Shown piece by piece: positions 29,814 through 39,573 of a stretch of 64,000 nt of DNA (position 1 is its first letter; each line of letters starts with the position of its first letter). The DNA is taken from positions 1 through 64,000 of the forward strand of contig UYFQ01000032.1 of assembly GCA_900617105.1 (NCBI GenBank), read 5' to 3'. This DNA is from Hydrurus foetidus (lineage: Eukaryota). The notes beneath the pieces were generated by a model, which worked only from the letters and a program-made list of their open reading frames with translations, had not been told where the DNA came from and did no database searches. A program made the translations under genes and the position numbers.

Positions 29814-30308
29814 ATGAACCTCCTGACCCAAGTGAACAGCCGGCTTTGTCGCTGGACCATGTTCCTGGCCTGCCTTTGTCTGGTGGGACTTCTGAGCGTC
29901 GTGATTTACGGCGTAGTGCTGCGCTATGTGTTTAACGACGCGCCGCCCTATGTAGAACAAGCGGCCTTGCTGCTGGTGGTGTGCGTGGCCATGTTTGGCG
30001 CCTCCGCCGGTGTGCGCGATGCCGGCCATATCGGACTGGATTCCCTGGTTAAGGTTTTGCCGGCCTCAGTGCAGTTCTGGTGCAAATTCGTGGTGCAGCT
30101 GTTCATCATCGTATTTGCCCTGGCCTTGCTGGTGGGCGGCTACCTGATGGCCCACTCCACCTACGCCAGCACCATCCCTACGCTGGGCATGTCCGAAGCG
30201 GTTCGCTACGTCCCGGTACTGATGTCGGGTGTGCTGATCATCCTGTTTTCCATTGAACATTTGCTGGCTCAGTTTTCCGGCGCGAAGGTAGTCCCCTCAT
30301 GGCACTGA
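29814..30308 (+). CDS. dctQ: TRAP transporter small permease
   Basis: 4 TM; V..RYVFN, GA..G.R...HI..D. Confidence 0.9.
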   Translation: MNLLTQVNSRLCRWTMFLACLCLVGLLSVVIYGVVLRYVFNDAPPYVEQAALLLVVCVAMFGASAGVRDAGHIGLDSLVKVLPASVQFWCKFVVQLFIIVFALALLVGGYLMAHSTYASTIPTLGMSEAVRYVPVLMSGVLIILFSIEHLLAQFSGAKVVPSWH

Positions 30309-31651
30309 CCGTACTTTGTTTGGGCTTTGTTGCCTTTTTGCTGCTGGGCGTGCCCGTGGCGTTTTCCATCGGCCTGGCCTGCCTGGCCACGTTTGCCGTG
30401 GAGGGCTTGCCGTTTGAGACCGCCATCCAGATGATGGTCTCGGGCATGAACGTGTTTTCGTTCCTGGCCATTCCCTTCTTCATCTTCTCCGGTGAGCTGA
30501 TGCTGCACGGTGGCATTGCCGACAAGATTGTCGACTTCGCCCGCGCCCTGGTGGGCCACTGGCGAGGCGGCCTGGGCCTGGCCAATGTGGTGGCCTCTAC
30601 CTTGTTTGGTGGCGTCTCCGGTTCTCCGGTGGCCGACACCTCGGCCATGGGCGGCGTGATGATTCCCATCATGAAGCGCGAAGGCTACAGCGCGGCCTAT
30701 GCGGTCAACGTCACCACCCACGCTTCGCTGTCGGGCGCGCTGATGCCGACCTCGCACAACATGATTATTTATGCCTTCGCAGCGCAAGCCGCCACCGGCA
30801 TGATTGATGGCCATGTGATCAAGGGCGTGTCCATCGGTGACCTGATGTTTGCGGGCCTGATTCCGGTCTTCTGGATCATGGTGTGCATGCTGGTGACGGC
30901 CTACTGGCAAGCCGTGAAATACGGCTATCCCAAGCGCGCCGACGGCTCCACCATGCTGGAGAAGTTTCCGGGCTGGGGAGAGGTTTTGCGCACCTTCGTG
31001 GCTTCCATGCCTGGCCTGATGGTCGTGGTGATCATTCTGGTGTGCATCATGAAAGGGGTGGCCACCGCCACCGAAGCGGCGGCCATTGCCGTGTCGTATT
31101 CCTTGCTACTCACGGTATTTATCTACCGTACGATGTCCAAGGAAAAGCTGCTGAAATCGCTGGCCAAGGCATCCAAGACCACCGGTGTAATTTTGTTGTT
31201 GATCGGCGTGTCCAACATGCTGCGCTACCAGATGGCGTATCTGGAGATACCAGATGCCATTGAAACGGCCCTGCTTGCCGCGACCCAGTCGCCTTGGCTG
31301 ATGCTGCTGTATATCAACATCATCCAAATCATCTTGGGCATCTTTTTGGATATGGCTGCACACATTCTGATCACGACACCACTGTTCTTGCCACTGGCAA
31401 TTCAGATGGGCGTGGGCCCCGTGCAGTTCGGCATGATGCTTTTACTCAATTGCGCTCTCGGGTTGGTGCACCCACCAGTAGGAACCGTGCAGTTTGTTGG
31501 ATGTGCCATTGGCAATATTTCGATTGGTGAGGCCACCAAGACGGCATGGCCGTATTACCTGGCCATCTTTGTCGCGATCACGTTGGTGACCTATGTGCCC
31601 GCGTTCTCGACCTGGCTGCCGACATTGATCACCGGACATACGGTGCTCTGA
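30299..31651 (+). CDS. dctM: TRAP transporter large permease
   Basis: LAIPFFI..GE.M..GG, GG.SGS..AD, TATEAAA, PPVG. Confidence 0.93.
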   Translation: MALTVLCLGFVAFLLLGVPVAFSIGLACLATFAVEGLPFETAIQMMVSGMNVFSFLAIPFFIFSGELMLHGGIADKIVDFARALVGHWRGGLGLANVVASTLFGGVSGSPVADTSAMGGVMIPIMKREGYSAAYAVNVTTHASLSGALMPTSHNMIIYAFAAQAATGMIDGHVIKGVSIGDLMFAGLIPVFWIMVCMLVTAYWQAVKYGYPKRADGSTMLEKFPGWGEVLRTFVASMPGLMVVVIILVCIMKGVATATEAAAIAVSYSLLLTVFIYRTMSKEKLLKSLAKASKTTGVILLLIGVSNMLRYQMAYLEIPDAIETALLAATQSPWLMLLYINIIQIILGIFLDMAAHILITTPLFLPLAIQMGVGPVQFGMMLLLNCALGLVHPPVGTVQFVGCAIGNISIGEATKTAWPYYLAIFVAITLVTYVPAFSTWLPTLITGHTVL

Positions 31652-31692
31652 TTTGTTGACCTGACTGTTGACTTGAACTGAAAGGAAACACC

Positions 31693-32658
31693 ATGCAACG
31701 CCGCCACCTACTCCAGGCCACCGTGGCCCTGGCCGCACCTGCCCTGGCTTTTGCCGACACCTGGCCCAGCAAACCCATCCGCTATGTGGTGCCGTTTGCC
31801 CCCGCGGGCACCACGGACATCCTGGCACGGTTGATCGCTCCCAAGCTGGGCGCGGCCTTGGGCCAGACCATCGTGGTGGACAACCGGGCAGGTGCCGGTG
31901 GCGTGCTGGGCGCGGACGTGGTGGCCAAGTCGGCACCCGATGGCTACACGCTGTTGGGCAGCACCATTTCCACCCATGCCATCAACCCGGCGCTGAACCC
32001 CAAGATCGCCTACAACGCGGCCAAGGATTTTGAGCCCATCACCATGATTGGCAGCACATCCAACGTGATCGTGGTGCCGGCCAACAGCCCCTTCAAGACC
32101 TTCCAGGAGCTGCTGGCCTATGCGCGGGCCAACCCGGGCAAGCTGGCCTTCTCCTCGTCCGGTTCGGGCTCGTCCCAACACATGGGCGGCGAGCTGCTCA
32201 AGCAAATGGCCAAGGCCTACATCCTGCACATCCCCTACCGCGGTAGCGGCCCTGCGGTGCAAGACGTGATTGCTGGCCAGGTGAACCTGGGCATTGACAC
32301 CCTGGTGGCCACTGCCGCACACATCAAGGCTGGCACGCTGCGCGCGCTGGCGGTGACGTCCAGCAAGCGGGTCAAGGGCTTTGAACAAGTGCCTACCGTG
32401 GCCGAATCGGGTGTGCCGGGCTACGACGTGGTGAGCTGGCAGGCTGTGCACGCACCAGCGGGCACACCGAAGGAGATCGTGCGCCGCCTGTACGAAGAAA
32501 TCTCAAAAATTCTGGCCCAACCCGACACACGCGCCCGACTGGACGCGTTGGGTTTGGAGCCCTCTGGCATGCCCCCTGCCGAGCTCGCCGCTTTTGAAAC
32601 GGCCGAGCGTGCCAAGTGGGTGCGTGTGGTCAAAGAGGGCGGCATCAAGGCGGACTGA
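31693..32658 (+). CDS. Bug/TctC tripartite tricarboxylate transporter substrate-binding protein
   Basis: WP.KPI..VVPF..AG.TD, VDNRAGAGG, PDGYTL, HIPYRGSGPA. Confidence 0.93.
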   Translation: MQRRHLLQATVALAAPALAFADTWPSKPIRYVVPFAPAGTTDILARLIAPKLGAALGQTIVVDNRAGAGGVLGADVVAKSAPDGYTLLGSTISTHAINPALNPKIAYNAAKDFEPITMIGSTSNVIVVPANSPFKTFQELLAYARANPGKLAFSSSGSGSSQHMGGELLKQMAKAYILHIPYRGSGPAVQDVIAGQVNLGIDTLVATAAHIKAGTLRALAVTSSKRVKGFEQVPTVAESGVPGYDVVSWQAVHAPAGTPKEIVRRLYEEISKILAQPDTRARLDALGLEPSGMPPAELAAFETAERAKWVRVVKEGGIKAD

Positions 32659-32685
32659 ACCTCACTCAGCTGACCTGCTTTTTTC

Positions 32686-34230
32686 ATGATGACAACTCCT
32701 CTCACTATCCGCATGCATGCGGCCGACAACGTGGCTATTGTGGCCAACGATGGCGGCCTCGCTGCTGGCACCGCACTGCCGGACGGTTTGACGCTGGTGG
32801 ACCGCGTACCACAAGGCCACAAGGTCGCGTTAGTCGCGATTGCCAAAGACGCTGCGGTGTTGCGCTACAACGTGCCGATTGGCTATGCGCTGAAGGACAT
32901 CCCTGCGGGTGCCTGGGTGCATGAACGCCTGCTGCACATGCCCGAAGCGCGGTCGCTGAATGAACTGCCCAAATCTACCGCCCCGGCGTGGACCGCCGAG
33001 CCTTTGACGGGCTACACCTTCGAGGGCTACCGAAACGCCGATGGCTCGGTGGGCACGCGCAATATCCTGGCCATCACCACCACCGTGCAATGTGTGGCGG
33101 GCGTAGTGGACTTTGCGGTGCAGCGCATCAAAGCCGAGCTGCTGCCGCGCTACCCCAACGTCGACGATGTGATTGGCCTGGAACACAGCTACGGCTGCGG
33201 TGTCGCTATCGACGCGCCCGACGCCATCATCCCTATCCGCACACTGCGCAACATCTCCAAAAACCCCAACTTTGGTGGCGAGGTGATGGTGGTGAGCCTG
33301 GGCTGCGAAAAGCTACAGCCGGAACGTCTGCTGCCACCCGGCAGCATTCCCCTGCAAACCGGCGAAGTGCTCGATGTGGTGTGCCTGCAAGCCGAAAAAC
33401 ATGTGGGCTTCATGTCCATGATTGATTCGGTGCTGGCCTCTGCAACGCCGCACCTGGAGCGGCTTAACGCCCGCAAGCGCGAAACCATTCCTGCCAACGA
33501 GCTGGTGGTGGGCGTGCAGTGCGGCGGCAGCGATGCGTTCTCGGGCGTTACCGCCAACCCGGCGGTGGGCTTCTGCACCGACCTGCTGGTGCGCGCCGGT
33601 GCCACGGTGATGTTTTCCGAGACCACCGAAGTGCGTGACGCCATTGAGCAAATGACGGCCCGCGCCACCACGCCCGCTGTGGCCGATGCCATGGCCCGTG
33701 AAATGGCGTGGTACGACGCCTACCTGGGCCGCGGCAGCGCAGACCGCAGCGCCAACACCACGCCGGGCAACAAGGCCGGCGGCCTGTCCAACATTGTTGA
33801 AAAAGCCATGGGCTCCATCGTCAAGTCAGGCACCGCGCCCATTAGCGGCGTGCTGTCGCCGGGCGAGAAGCTGCAGTCCAAGGGCCTGATCTACGCCGCC
33901 ACTCCTGCCAGCGATTTCATTTGCGGCACGCTGCAGCTGGCCGCGGGCATGAACCTGCATGTATTTACCACCGGCCGTGGCACGCCCTATGGCCTGGCCG
34001 AAGTGCCAGTCATCAAGGTGGCCACGCGCACCGACCTGGCGCGCCGCTGGCACGACCTGATGGACGTGAATGCCGGCCGCATCGCCGATGGCGAAGCCAG
34101 CATTGCCGACGTCGGCTGGGAACTGTTCCACCTGATGCTGGAAGTGGCCAGTGGCCGCAAAAAAACCTGGGCTGAACACTGGAAGCTGCACAACGCGCTG
34201 GTGCTGTTCAACCCCGCCCCTATTACCTGA
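32686..34230 (+). CDS. garD: Galactarate dehydratase
   Basis: N-terminal SAF domain (GHKVAL), [40 protein letters not shown]. Confidence 0.94.
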   Translation: MMTTPLTIRMHAADNVAIVANDGGLAAGTALPDGLTLVDRVPQGHKVALVAIAKDAAVLRYNVPIGYALKDIPAGAWVHERLLHMPEARSLNELPKSTAPAWTAEPLTGYTFEGYRNADGSVGTRNILAITTTVQCVAGVVDFAVQRIKAELLPRYPNVDDVIGLEHSYGCGVAIDAPDAIIPIRTLRNISKNPNFGGEVMVVSLGCEKLQPERLLPPGSIPLQTGEVLDVVCLQAEKHVGFMSMIDSVLASATPHLERLNARKRETIPANELVVGVQCGGSDAFSGVTANPAVGFCTDLLVRAGATVMFSETTEVRDAIEQMTARATTPAVADAMAREMAWYDAYLGRGSADRSANTTPGNKAGGLSNIVEKAMGSIVKSGTAPISGVLSPGEKLQSKGLIYAATPASDFICGTLQLAAGMNLHVFTTGRGTPYGLAEVPVIKVATRTDLARRWHDLMDVNAGRIADGEASIADVGWELFHLMLEVASGRKKTWAEHWKLHNALVLFNPAPIT

Positions 34231-34257
34231 CCGAACCGATTACCCAAAGGCATTTCC

Positions 34258-35040
34258 ATGACCTACCCCGTTCCCTACCGCCCCTTTCCCAACCAGTTCA
34301 AAAAAGACTTGCTGGCCGGCAAACGCCTGATTGGCTGCTGGTCGTCTCTTGCCAGCCCCATCACGGCCGAAGTGCTGGGCGTCGCCGGCTTTGACTGGAT
34401 CCTGATGGACGGCGAGCACTCGCCCAACGACGTGATCACGTTTGTGCCCCAACTCATGGCGCTCAAAGACAGCGTGAGCGCGCCGTTTGTGCGCCCGACT
34501 TGCAACAACGAGGTGGAAATCAAGCGCCTGCTGGACGCGGGCTTCTACAACTTCCTGATTCCCTTCGTGGAGTCTGCCGAAGAAGCCCAGCGCGCAGTCG
34601 GTGCCACCCGCTACCCCCCTGAGGGTATGCGAGGTGTGTCCGTGTCCCAGCGCAGCAACCGCTATGGCACCGTGGCCAACTACTTTCAGGAAGCCAACCA
34701 GCACATGTGTGTGGCCGTGCAGATCGAAAGCCGCGCCGGTGTTGCGGCCAGTGGCGCCATTGCCGCCGTGCCAGGGGTGGACTGCATGTTTGTGGGTCCG
34801 TCCGACCTGGCCGCGGGCTATGGCCACCTGGGCAACGCCGCCCACCCCGAAGTGCAAGAAGCCATTGCCCATGTATTCGCACAAGCCAAAGCACACGGCA
34901 AGCCCACCGGCATCTTGGCACCAGTGGAAGCCGATGCGCGCCGCTATATGGACATGGGCGCCACCTTTGTAGCCGTGGGCAGTGACCTGGGCGTGTTCCG
35001 CTCGGCCACCCAGGCACTCAAAGACCGCTACGCCGACTAA
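34258..35040 (+). CDS. garL: 5-keto-4-deoxy-D-glucarate aldolase
   Basis: GFDW...DGEH.PN, IKR.LD.G, RYPP.G.RG, QIES, FVGP.DL. Confidence 0.92.
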   Translation: MTYPVPYRPFPNQFKKDLLAGKRLIGCWSSLASPITAEVLGVAGFDWILMDGEHSPNDVITFVPQLMALKDSVSAPFVRPTCNNEVEIKRLLDAGFYNFLIPFVESAEEAQRAVGATRYPPEGMRGVSVSQRSNRYGTVANYFQEANQHMCVAVQIESRAGVAASGAIAAVPGVDCMFVGPSDLAAGYGHLGNAAHPEVQEAIAHVFAQAKAHGKPTGILAPVEADARRYMDMGATFVAVGSDLGVFRSATQALKDRYAD

Positions 35041-35066
35041 CCCCTTCTTCTCATCACGACATCACT

Positions 35067-35954
35067 ATGACCACACTCGGATTCATCGGCCTGGGCATCA
35101 TGGGCGCGCCCATGGCCGGCCACCTGCTGGCCGCTGGCCACACGGTGCACCTGCACACCCGCAGCGCCGTTCCCTCACAGCTGCTAGACGCAGGCGGATT
35201 GTCTTGCGGCAATGCACAGGAGGTTGCCCAGAAAGCCGACATCATCTTTCTGATGCTGCCCGACACCCCCGATGTGGAGGCCGTGCTATTTGGTAAGAAC
35301 GGCGTGGCCTCGGGCCTGACCCCGGGCAAAACTGTGGTGGACATGAGCTCCATCTCGCCGGTGGACACCAAGGCCTTTGCGGCCAAGATCAATGCACTGG
35401 GCTGCCAGTACATGGATGCCCCCGTGTCGGGTGGCGAGGTCGGCGCCAAGGCCGCCAGCCTCACCATCATGGTGGGCGCGGAAGACGCCACCTTCAACAC
35501 CCTGCTGCCGCTGCTGCAGCTCATGGGCAAGAACATTACGCTCGTTGGTGGCAATGGCGACGGCCAGACCTGCAAGGTGGCCAATCAGATCATCGTGGCG
35601 TTGAACATTGCCGCCGTGGGCGAGGCCCTGCTATTTGCCAGCAAGGCCGGCGCCGACCCCGCCAAGGTGCGCCAAGCGTTGATGGGCGGGTTTGCCGCCT
35701 CGCGCATTCTGGAAGTGCATGGCGAGCGCATGGTCAAGCGCACCTTCAACCCTGGCTTTCGCATTGGCCTGCACCAAAAGGACTTGGGCCTGGCCCTGAA
35801 CGGCGCCAAGGCCTTGGGCCTGGCACTGCCGCAAACCGCCGGCGCTGCGCAGCTGATGCAGGTGTGTGCGGCCAACGGCATGGCCGACCTGGATCACTCT
35901 GCCCTGGTGCGCGCCCTGGAGATCATGGGCGCCCACGAAGTCGCCAAGGCCTGA
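35067..35954 (+). CDS. garR: Tartronate semialdehyde reductase (2-hydroxy-3-oxopropionate reductase)
   Basis: GFIGLGIMG.PMA, DMSSISP, DAPVSGG, GQ.CK.ANQ, GF...LH.KDL. Confidence 0.9.
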   Translation: MTTLGFIGLGIMGAPMAGHLLAAGHTVHLHTRSAVPSQLLDAGGLSCGNAQEVAQKADIIFLMLPDTPDVEAVLFGKNGVASGLTPGKTVVDMSSISPVDTKAFAAKINALGCQYMDAPVSGGEVGAKAASLTIMVGAEDATFNTLLPLLQLMGKNITLVGGNGDGQTCKVANQIIVALNIAAVGEALLFASKAGADPAKVRQALMGGFAASRILEVHGERMVKRTFNPGFRIGLHQKDLGLALNGAKALGLALPQTAGAAQLMQVCAANGMADLDHSALVRALEIMGAHEVAKA

Positions 35955-35958
35955 AGCC

Positions 35959-36936
35959 ATGCAGCGCAACGCACGATGGGCCTGGGCCCTCTTGGGGCTA
36001 CTGGCGTTCGCCTGCGGCAGCGCTGGTGCCCAGACCACGCTGCGCGCCTGGAACATCCATCCCGATGGCTACCCGGTCACGCTGGCCTTGCAGAGTTTTG
36101 CCGAGCAGGTGAACAAGACCACCAACGGGCGCTACCAGATTGAGGTGTTCTCCAACGCCACACTGGGCGACCAGCCCAAGGCGGTGCAAATGCTCAAGTC
36201 CGGCGAGGTGGACGTGGCCGAATTCAGCTCGGGCCCACTGTCTGACGCGGTGCCGGGCCTAAAGGCCCTGAACCTGCCATTCCTGTTTACTGACTCGTCC
36301 CACATGTTCAAACATCTGGACGGCAAGCTGGGCGAGCGCTTTGCGGCCAAGCTGCAAACGGCGGGCGTTGTGGTGCTGGGTTGGTACGACGGCGGCGGAC
36401 GCTCGTTCTACTGCGCCAGCCGAACCATCGGCAGCTTCAAAGACCTGGTAGGTGCCCGCATCCGCGTGCAGCAGTCTGAGGTTTACATCGAGATGGTGAA
36501 GCTGCTGGACGCGACCCCGGTAGCCCTGCCCTTCAAGGATGTGCTGGGTGCGCTGCAGCAAGGCACGGTGGACTGCGCTGAGAACAACATGCCCTCGTTC
36601 GAGTCCACCGGCCACTACAAAGTGGCCAAGTCGGTCTATGTGACCAACCATGTGGTCTCACCCGAGGCCCTGGTGGTATCCAGCAAGCTGTGGGCCAGCC
36701 TTGGGGCAGAGGACAAAGCAGCGTTTCGCGCGGCCGGTGCGCAGTCGGCCACCACCATGCGGGAGCTGTGGAACAAGCGCGTGGCCTCCGCCATCGACAT
36801 CGCGACCAAACAGGGCGTGCAGTTTGTCCGCGTGAAAGACGTGGCACCCATGGTGCGGCGCATGGCCCCGCTCTACCGCAAATACATGGACGACCCCAGC
36901 ACCCGCGAGGAACTGCTTTCCATCATCGGCAACTGA
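35959..36936 (+). CDS. dctP: Second TRAP substrate-binding protein
   Basis: Start ATG 35959; signal peptide; G.RIRVQ, ALQQG.VD.AENN. Confidence 0.88.
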   Translation: MQRNARWAWALLGLLAFACGSAGAQTTLRAWNIHPDGYPVTLALQSFAEQVNKTTNGRYQIEVFSNATLGDQPKAVQMLKSGEVDVAEFSSGPLSDAVPGLKALNLPFLFTDSSHMFKHLDGKLGERFAAKLQTAGVVVLGWYDGGGRSFYCASRTIGSFKDLVGARIRVQQSEVYIEMVKLLDATPVALPFKDVLGALQQGTVDCAENNMPSFESTGHYKVAKSVYVTNHVVSPEALVVSSKLWASLGAEDKAAFRAAGAQSATTMRELWNKRVASAIDIATKQGVQFVRVKDVAPMVRRMAPLYRKYMDDPSTREELLSIIGN

Positions 36937-36971
36937 CCCCGCGCAGTAATCGGCCCGGTAGGATGTAGCCC

Positions 36972-37598
36972 ATGCCTACCCTGAACACCTTTCTCACCTT
37001 CTTTGGCGCCTCGGTGCTGCTGGCCCTGTCACCGGGCCCCGACAACGTGTTTGTGCTGCTGCACTCGGCGGTGCATGGGCGGCGCGCAGGGTTGTTGGTG
37101 GTGCTGGGCCTGTGCAGCGGCCTGCTCTTCCACACCGCTGCCGTGGCGCTGGGCCTGGCGGCGGTGTTTGCGGCATCTGCCACGGCGTTCACCGTGCTCA
37201 AGCTCTGCGGCGCTGGCTACCTGCTCTGGCTGGCGTGGGGCGCTTGGCGTGCGCCCGTGGGCATCGTGGACAGCGACACCTCACCCCCCATGACCGCGGC
37301 GCAAACCTACGGCCGCGGTGTGCTGATGAACATCACCAACCCCAAGGTGGCGATCTTCTTCCTGGCTTTTTTGCCACAGTTTGCCGACCCGCAGCAGGGC
37401 AACATGGCGCTGCAGATCAGCATGCTGGGCGGCGTGTTCATCCTGGCCGCGCTGCTGACCTTCAGCACCATTGCCTGGTTCGCCGCCGGCTTCGGCCAGG
37501 TGTTCAAGCGCTCGCTGCGCGCGCAGCGCGTCTTAAACCGCGTGGCCAGCGTGGTGTTTGTGGGGCTGGCGCTGCGGTTGGCGACGGCGCAACGGTAA
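36972..37598 (+). CDS. LysE/RhtB-family exporter
   Basis: SPGPD, GLAA, GAGYL..L, NITNPK..IFF.AF.PQF. Confidence 0.92.
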   Translation: MPTLNTFLTFFGASVLLALSPGPDNVFVLLHSAVHGRRAGLLVVLGLCSGLLFHTAAVALGLAAVFAASATAFTVLKLCGAGYLLWLAWGAWRAPVGIVDSDTSPPMTAAQTYGRGVLMNITNPKVAIFFLAFLPQFADPQQGNMALQISMLGGVFILAALLTFSTIAWFAAGFGQVFKRSLRAQRVLNRVASVVFVGLALRLATAQR

Positions 37599-37923
37599 CG
37601 CCCCCGTCTGAGAATAGAGCACTACGGGCAACGGGACGCCAGTTACACGATCTGTTGCAAAGCGGTGAGGCATGGATAGAGCTGCGCCCGAGGCGGGACA
37701 GGTACCGCGAAATACTCCAGAGTGCTAGCGCTGACTGTGTCCGTTTGACATGGTCGCTGAAAATTGCGACGTGGCACTTGCCAGGAGATGCAAACTCGGA
37801 TCTAACACTAACAGGAACTACTCAGCACAAGGTTGGGGGAAACCACGAAAAAAATCACTATGCATTTCATCGCAGCTCACGCGTATCTCATAGGGACAAG
37901 AAGTAGCTTTTGCACGGAGCTGA

Positions 37924-37972
37924 AAATTCACCCGTTTGGGGGATGTGCGCTTGAGGCTCGAGTGGGTAAAGT
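37924..37972 (+). promoter_or_regulatory. 21-bp box identical to the epsA upstream box, with a -10-like hexamer
   Basis: AAATTCACCCGTTTGGGGGAT (37924-37944); TAAAGT 23 nt after the 16-bp core. Confidence 0.65.
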
Positions 37973-38042
37973 ATGTCACTCAAATATCCCCTGAAGAGGG
38001 GACCTGATCGCTCCGCACAAAACACCTTCGTGGAGGAACGCT

Positions 38043-38180
38043 ATGAATCCATTGCCTAAACACAAACCCGAAATACGCGTTACGAGACCTCTTTTGGCAT
38101 TGTGCTTGCTGATGGCATTGATGGCCATGCCGGCGCTTGACGACGTCCAACTCAATCGCACGGTGTTACATCACCTATGA
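38043..38180 (+). CDS. 45-aa signal-peptide-like ORF translationally coupled to the next gene (possible remnant)
   Basis: GGAGG RBS; MNPLPKHKPEIRVTRPLLALCLLMALMAMPALDDVQLNRTVLHHL*; TGA overlaps next ATG (ATGA 38177-38180). Confidence 0.45.
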   Translation: MNPLPKHKPEIRVTRPLLALCLLMALMAMPALDDVQLNRTVLHHL

Positions 38181-39355
38181 ACAGGAAAGCATACGTTCCC
38201 TGTGCAATTCGCCCCGCCATCCTGACGGTGGTCTTGTTGGCGAGCGTCGGTTTTTTGTACGCGGCTCCTGACATCAAAGATGCCCCTCGTGGAGCTGAAC
38301 TAAAGATAGTTCGTCCCGCAATGCCAAACGGCTTGTATTTAGTTGACCGAGATATTCCCTTCCTATTGATTGAAGATGGTCAATGGCTCGACCCGTATGA
38401 ATGGGTGGAAAAGAATGGGGTTGAAAAACTGAACAATATATACGTGGCGGGAAGACGGTTTGAAAGATTCCATATTCACACTCAATTGGGGAATTTTGAT
38501 GGAATGAAACTCTACTCACTAAGCGCCCATGACATGCTCAAGTCATCGAAGATCGTTAGCGACATCAAGTTCGACCTCAAGAAATTGGCTCCGCGCATTT
38601 CAGCGGAACGTTGTGCAAATGATGGCAAAGACTTGTGGAACTGCAAAACGGATGGGGTGAGTCAATCGTATTTACCTGTGCAAACCAACTGCAATACAGG
38701 CATAAACGGCTGGAATTGTCCAACTGGCATTACAGGGGTGGAATCAGCGACTCAAAAACTTTTAGGGAAAAAGGGAAATAGGGAGTTGCTGCATTTAGAT
38801 GCAGATGTTTTGCACAAGAAAATTGGAGTCGAGTTTCATCAAGTGATGAATTCGAACGACTATCGCGGATTAATTAAAGTTTCCGTTTTTACTACGCAGG
38901 TTTTTCTCGCAGCATCCAAAGAACAACTCGTAGCCGGATTCTTAAATCTAGAATTCTCAGCAAATCTACATAGGAACCGAACAACTAAGTGGCAACGCAA
39001 ACCTATTGAGCGAGCTGGATTAGCATTTGTTTGGAATGCTGATGCAAGTAAATTCATTTTTTTACAAAAGAAAAAAAAAGTTTTAATCGGACCAGCTCAA
39101 GTTATTTGCGAGAAGGGCTTTAAACCTCAACATTGCCCTATTGCAATACCACTTGGGATGTGGGAAATAAATGGCAAGACATACGCAGCTATTAGATATG
39201 AGCAGCAAATAGCGCTTTGGCACTACCCCCCTGATCAACCTATGAACGGCCTGGATCTTAAAGGAATACGCGCTGCGCAAATCGAAATTATTGAATTAGG
39301 CAACGAGGTTGCACCCGCAATATTTTCAACCCGCCAATTCATCGCCACTTACTAA
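38177..39355 (+). CDS. Exported hypothetical protein (candidate immunity protein)
   Basis: 392 aa, AT-rich; Sec-type signal (..VVLLASVGFLYA/AP); three short Cys pairs; ends 14 nt before the giant gene. Confidence 0.7.
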   Translation: MNRKAYVPCAIRPAILTVVLLASVGFLYAAPDIKDAPRGAELKIVRPAMPNGLYLVDRDIPFLLIEDGQWLDPYEWVEKNGVEKLNNIYVAGRRFERFHIHTQLGNFDGMKLYSLSAHDMLKSSKIVSDIKFDLKKLAPRISAERCANDGKDLWNCKTDGVSQSYLPVQTNCNTGINGWNCPTGITGVESATQKLLGKKGNRELLHLDADVLHKKIGVEFHQVMNSNDYRGLIKVSVFTTQVFLAASKEQLVAGFLNLEFSANLHRNRTTKWQRKPIERAGLAFVWNADASKFIFLQKKKKVLIGPAQVICEKGFKPQHCPIAIPLGMWEINGKTYAAIRYEQQIALWHYPPDQPMNGLDLKGIRAAQIEIIELGNEVAPAIFSTRQFIATY

Positions 39356-39573
39356 AAAGGCTCAGCTTCATGGCAATGCCAACGACTTTCCAGCAGTTAC
39401 TAAACAACATGTTGCCACCCAAAGTGGTTGGCGGTGTGACGTATGTTCCCCGATTGTCTTGGGATGGTATTGACACACAGGCTTTCAATGCCATTAGATC
39501 AGGACGAACGCATGGTGGAATTGATGTGGTGTATGGAAAACTGAATCCCGACAGCAACTCAGTTATATACATT

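Noticed and set aside
37620..37695. GGGCAA...GGGACGC resembling a c-di-GMP-I riboswitch
   Set aside because: Lacks the P2 stem with GNRA loop and the receptor; an Infernal search would be needed.
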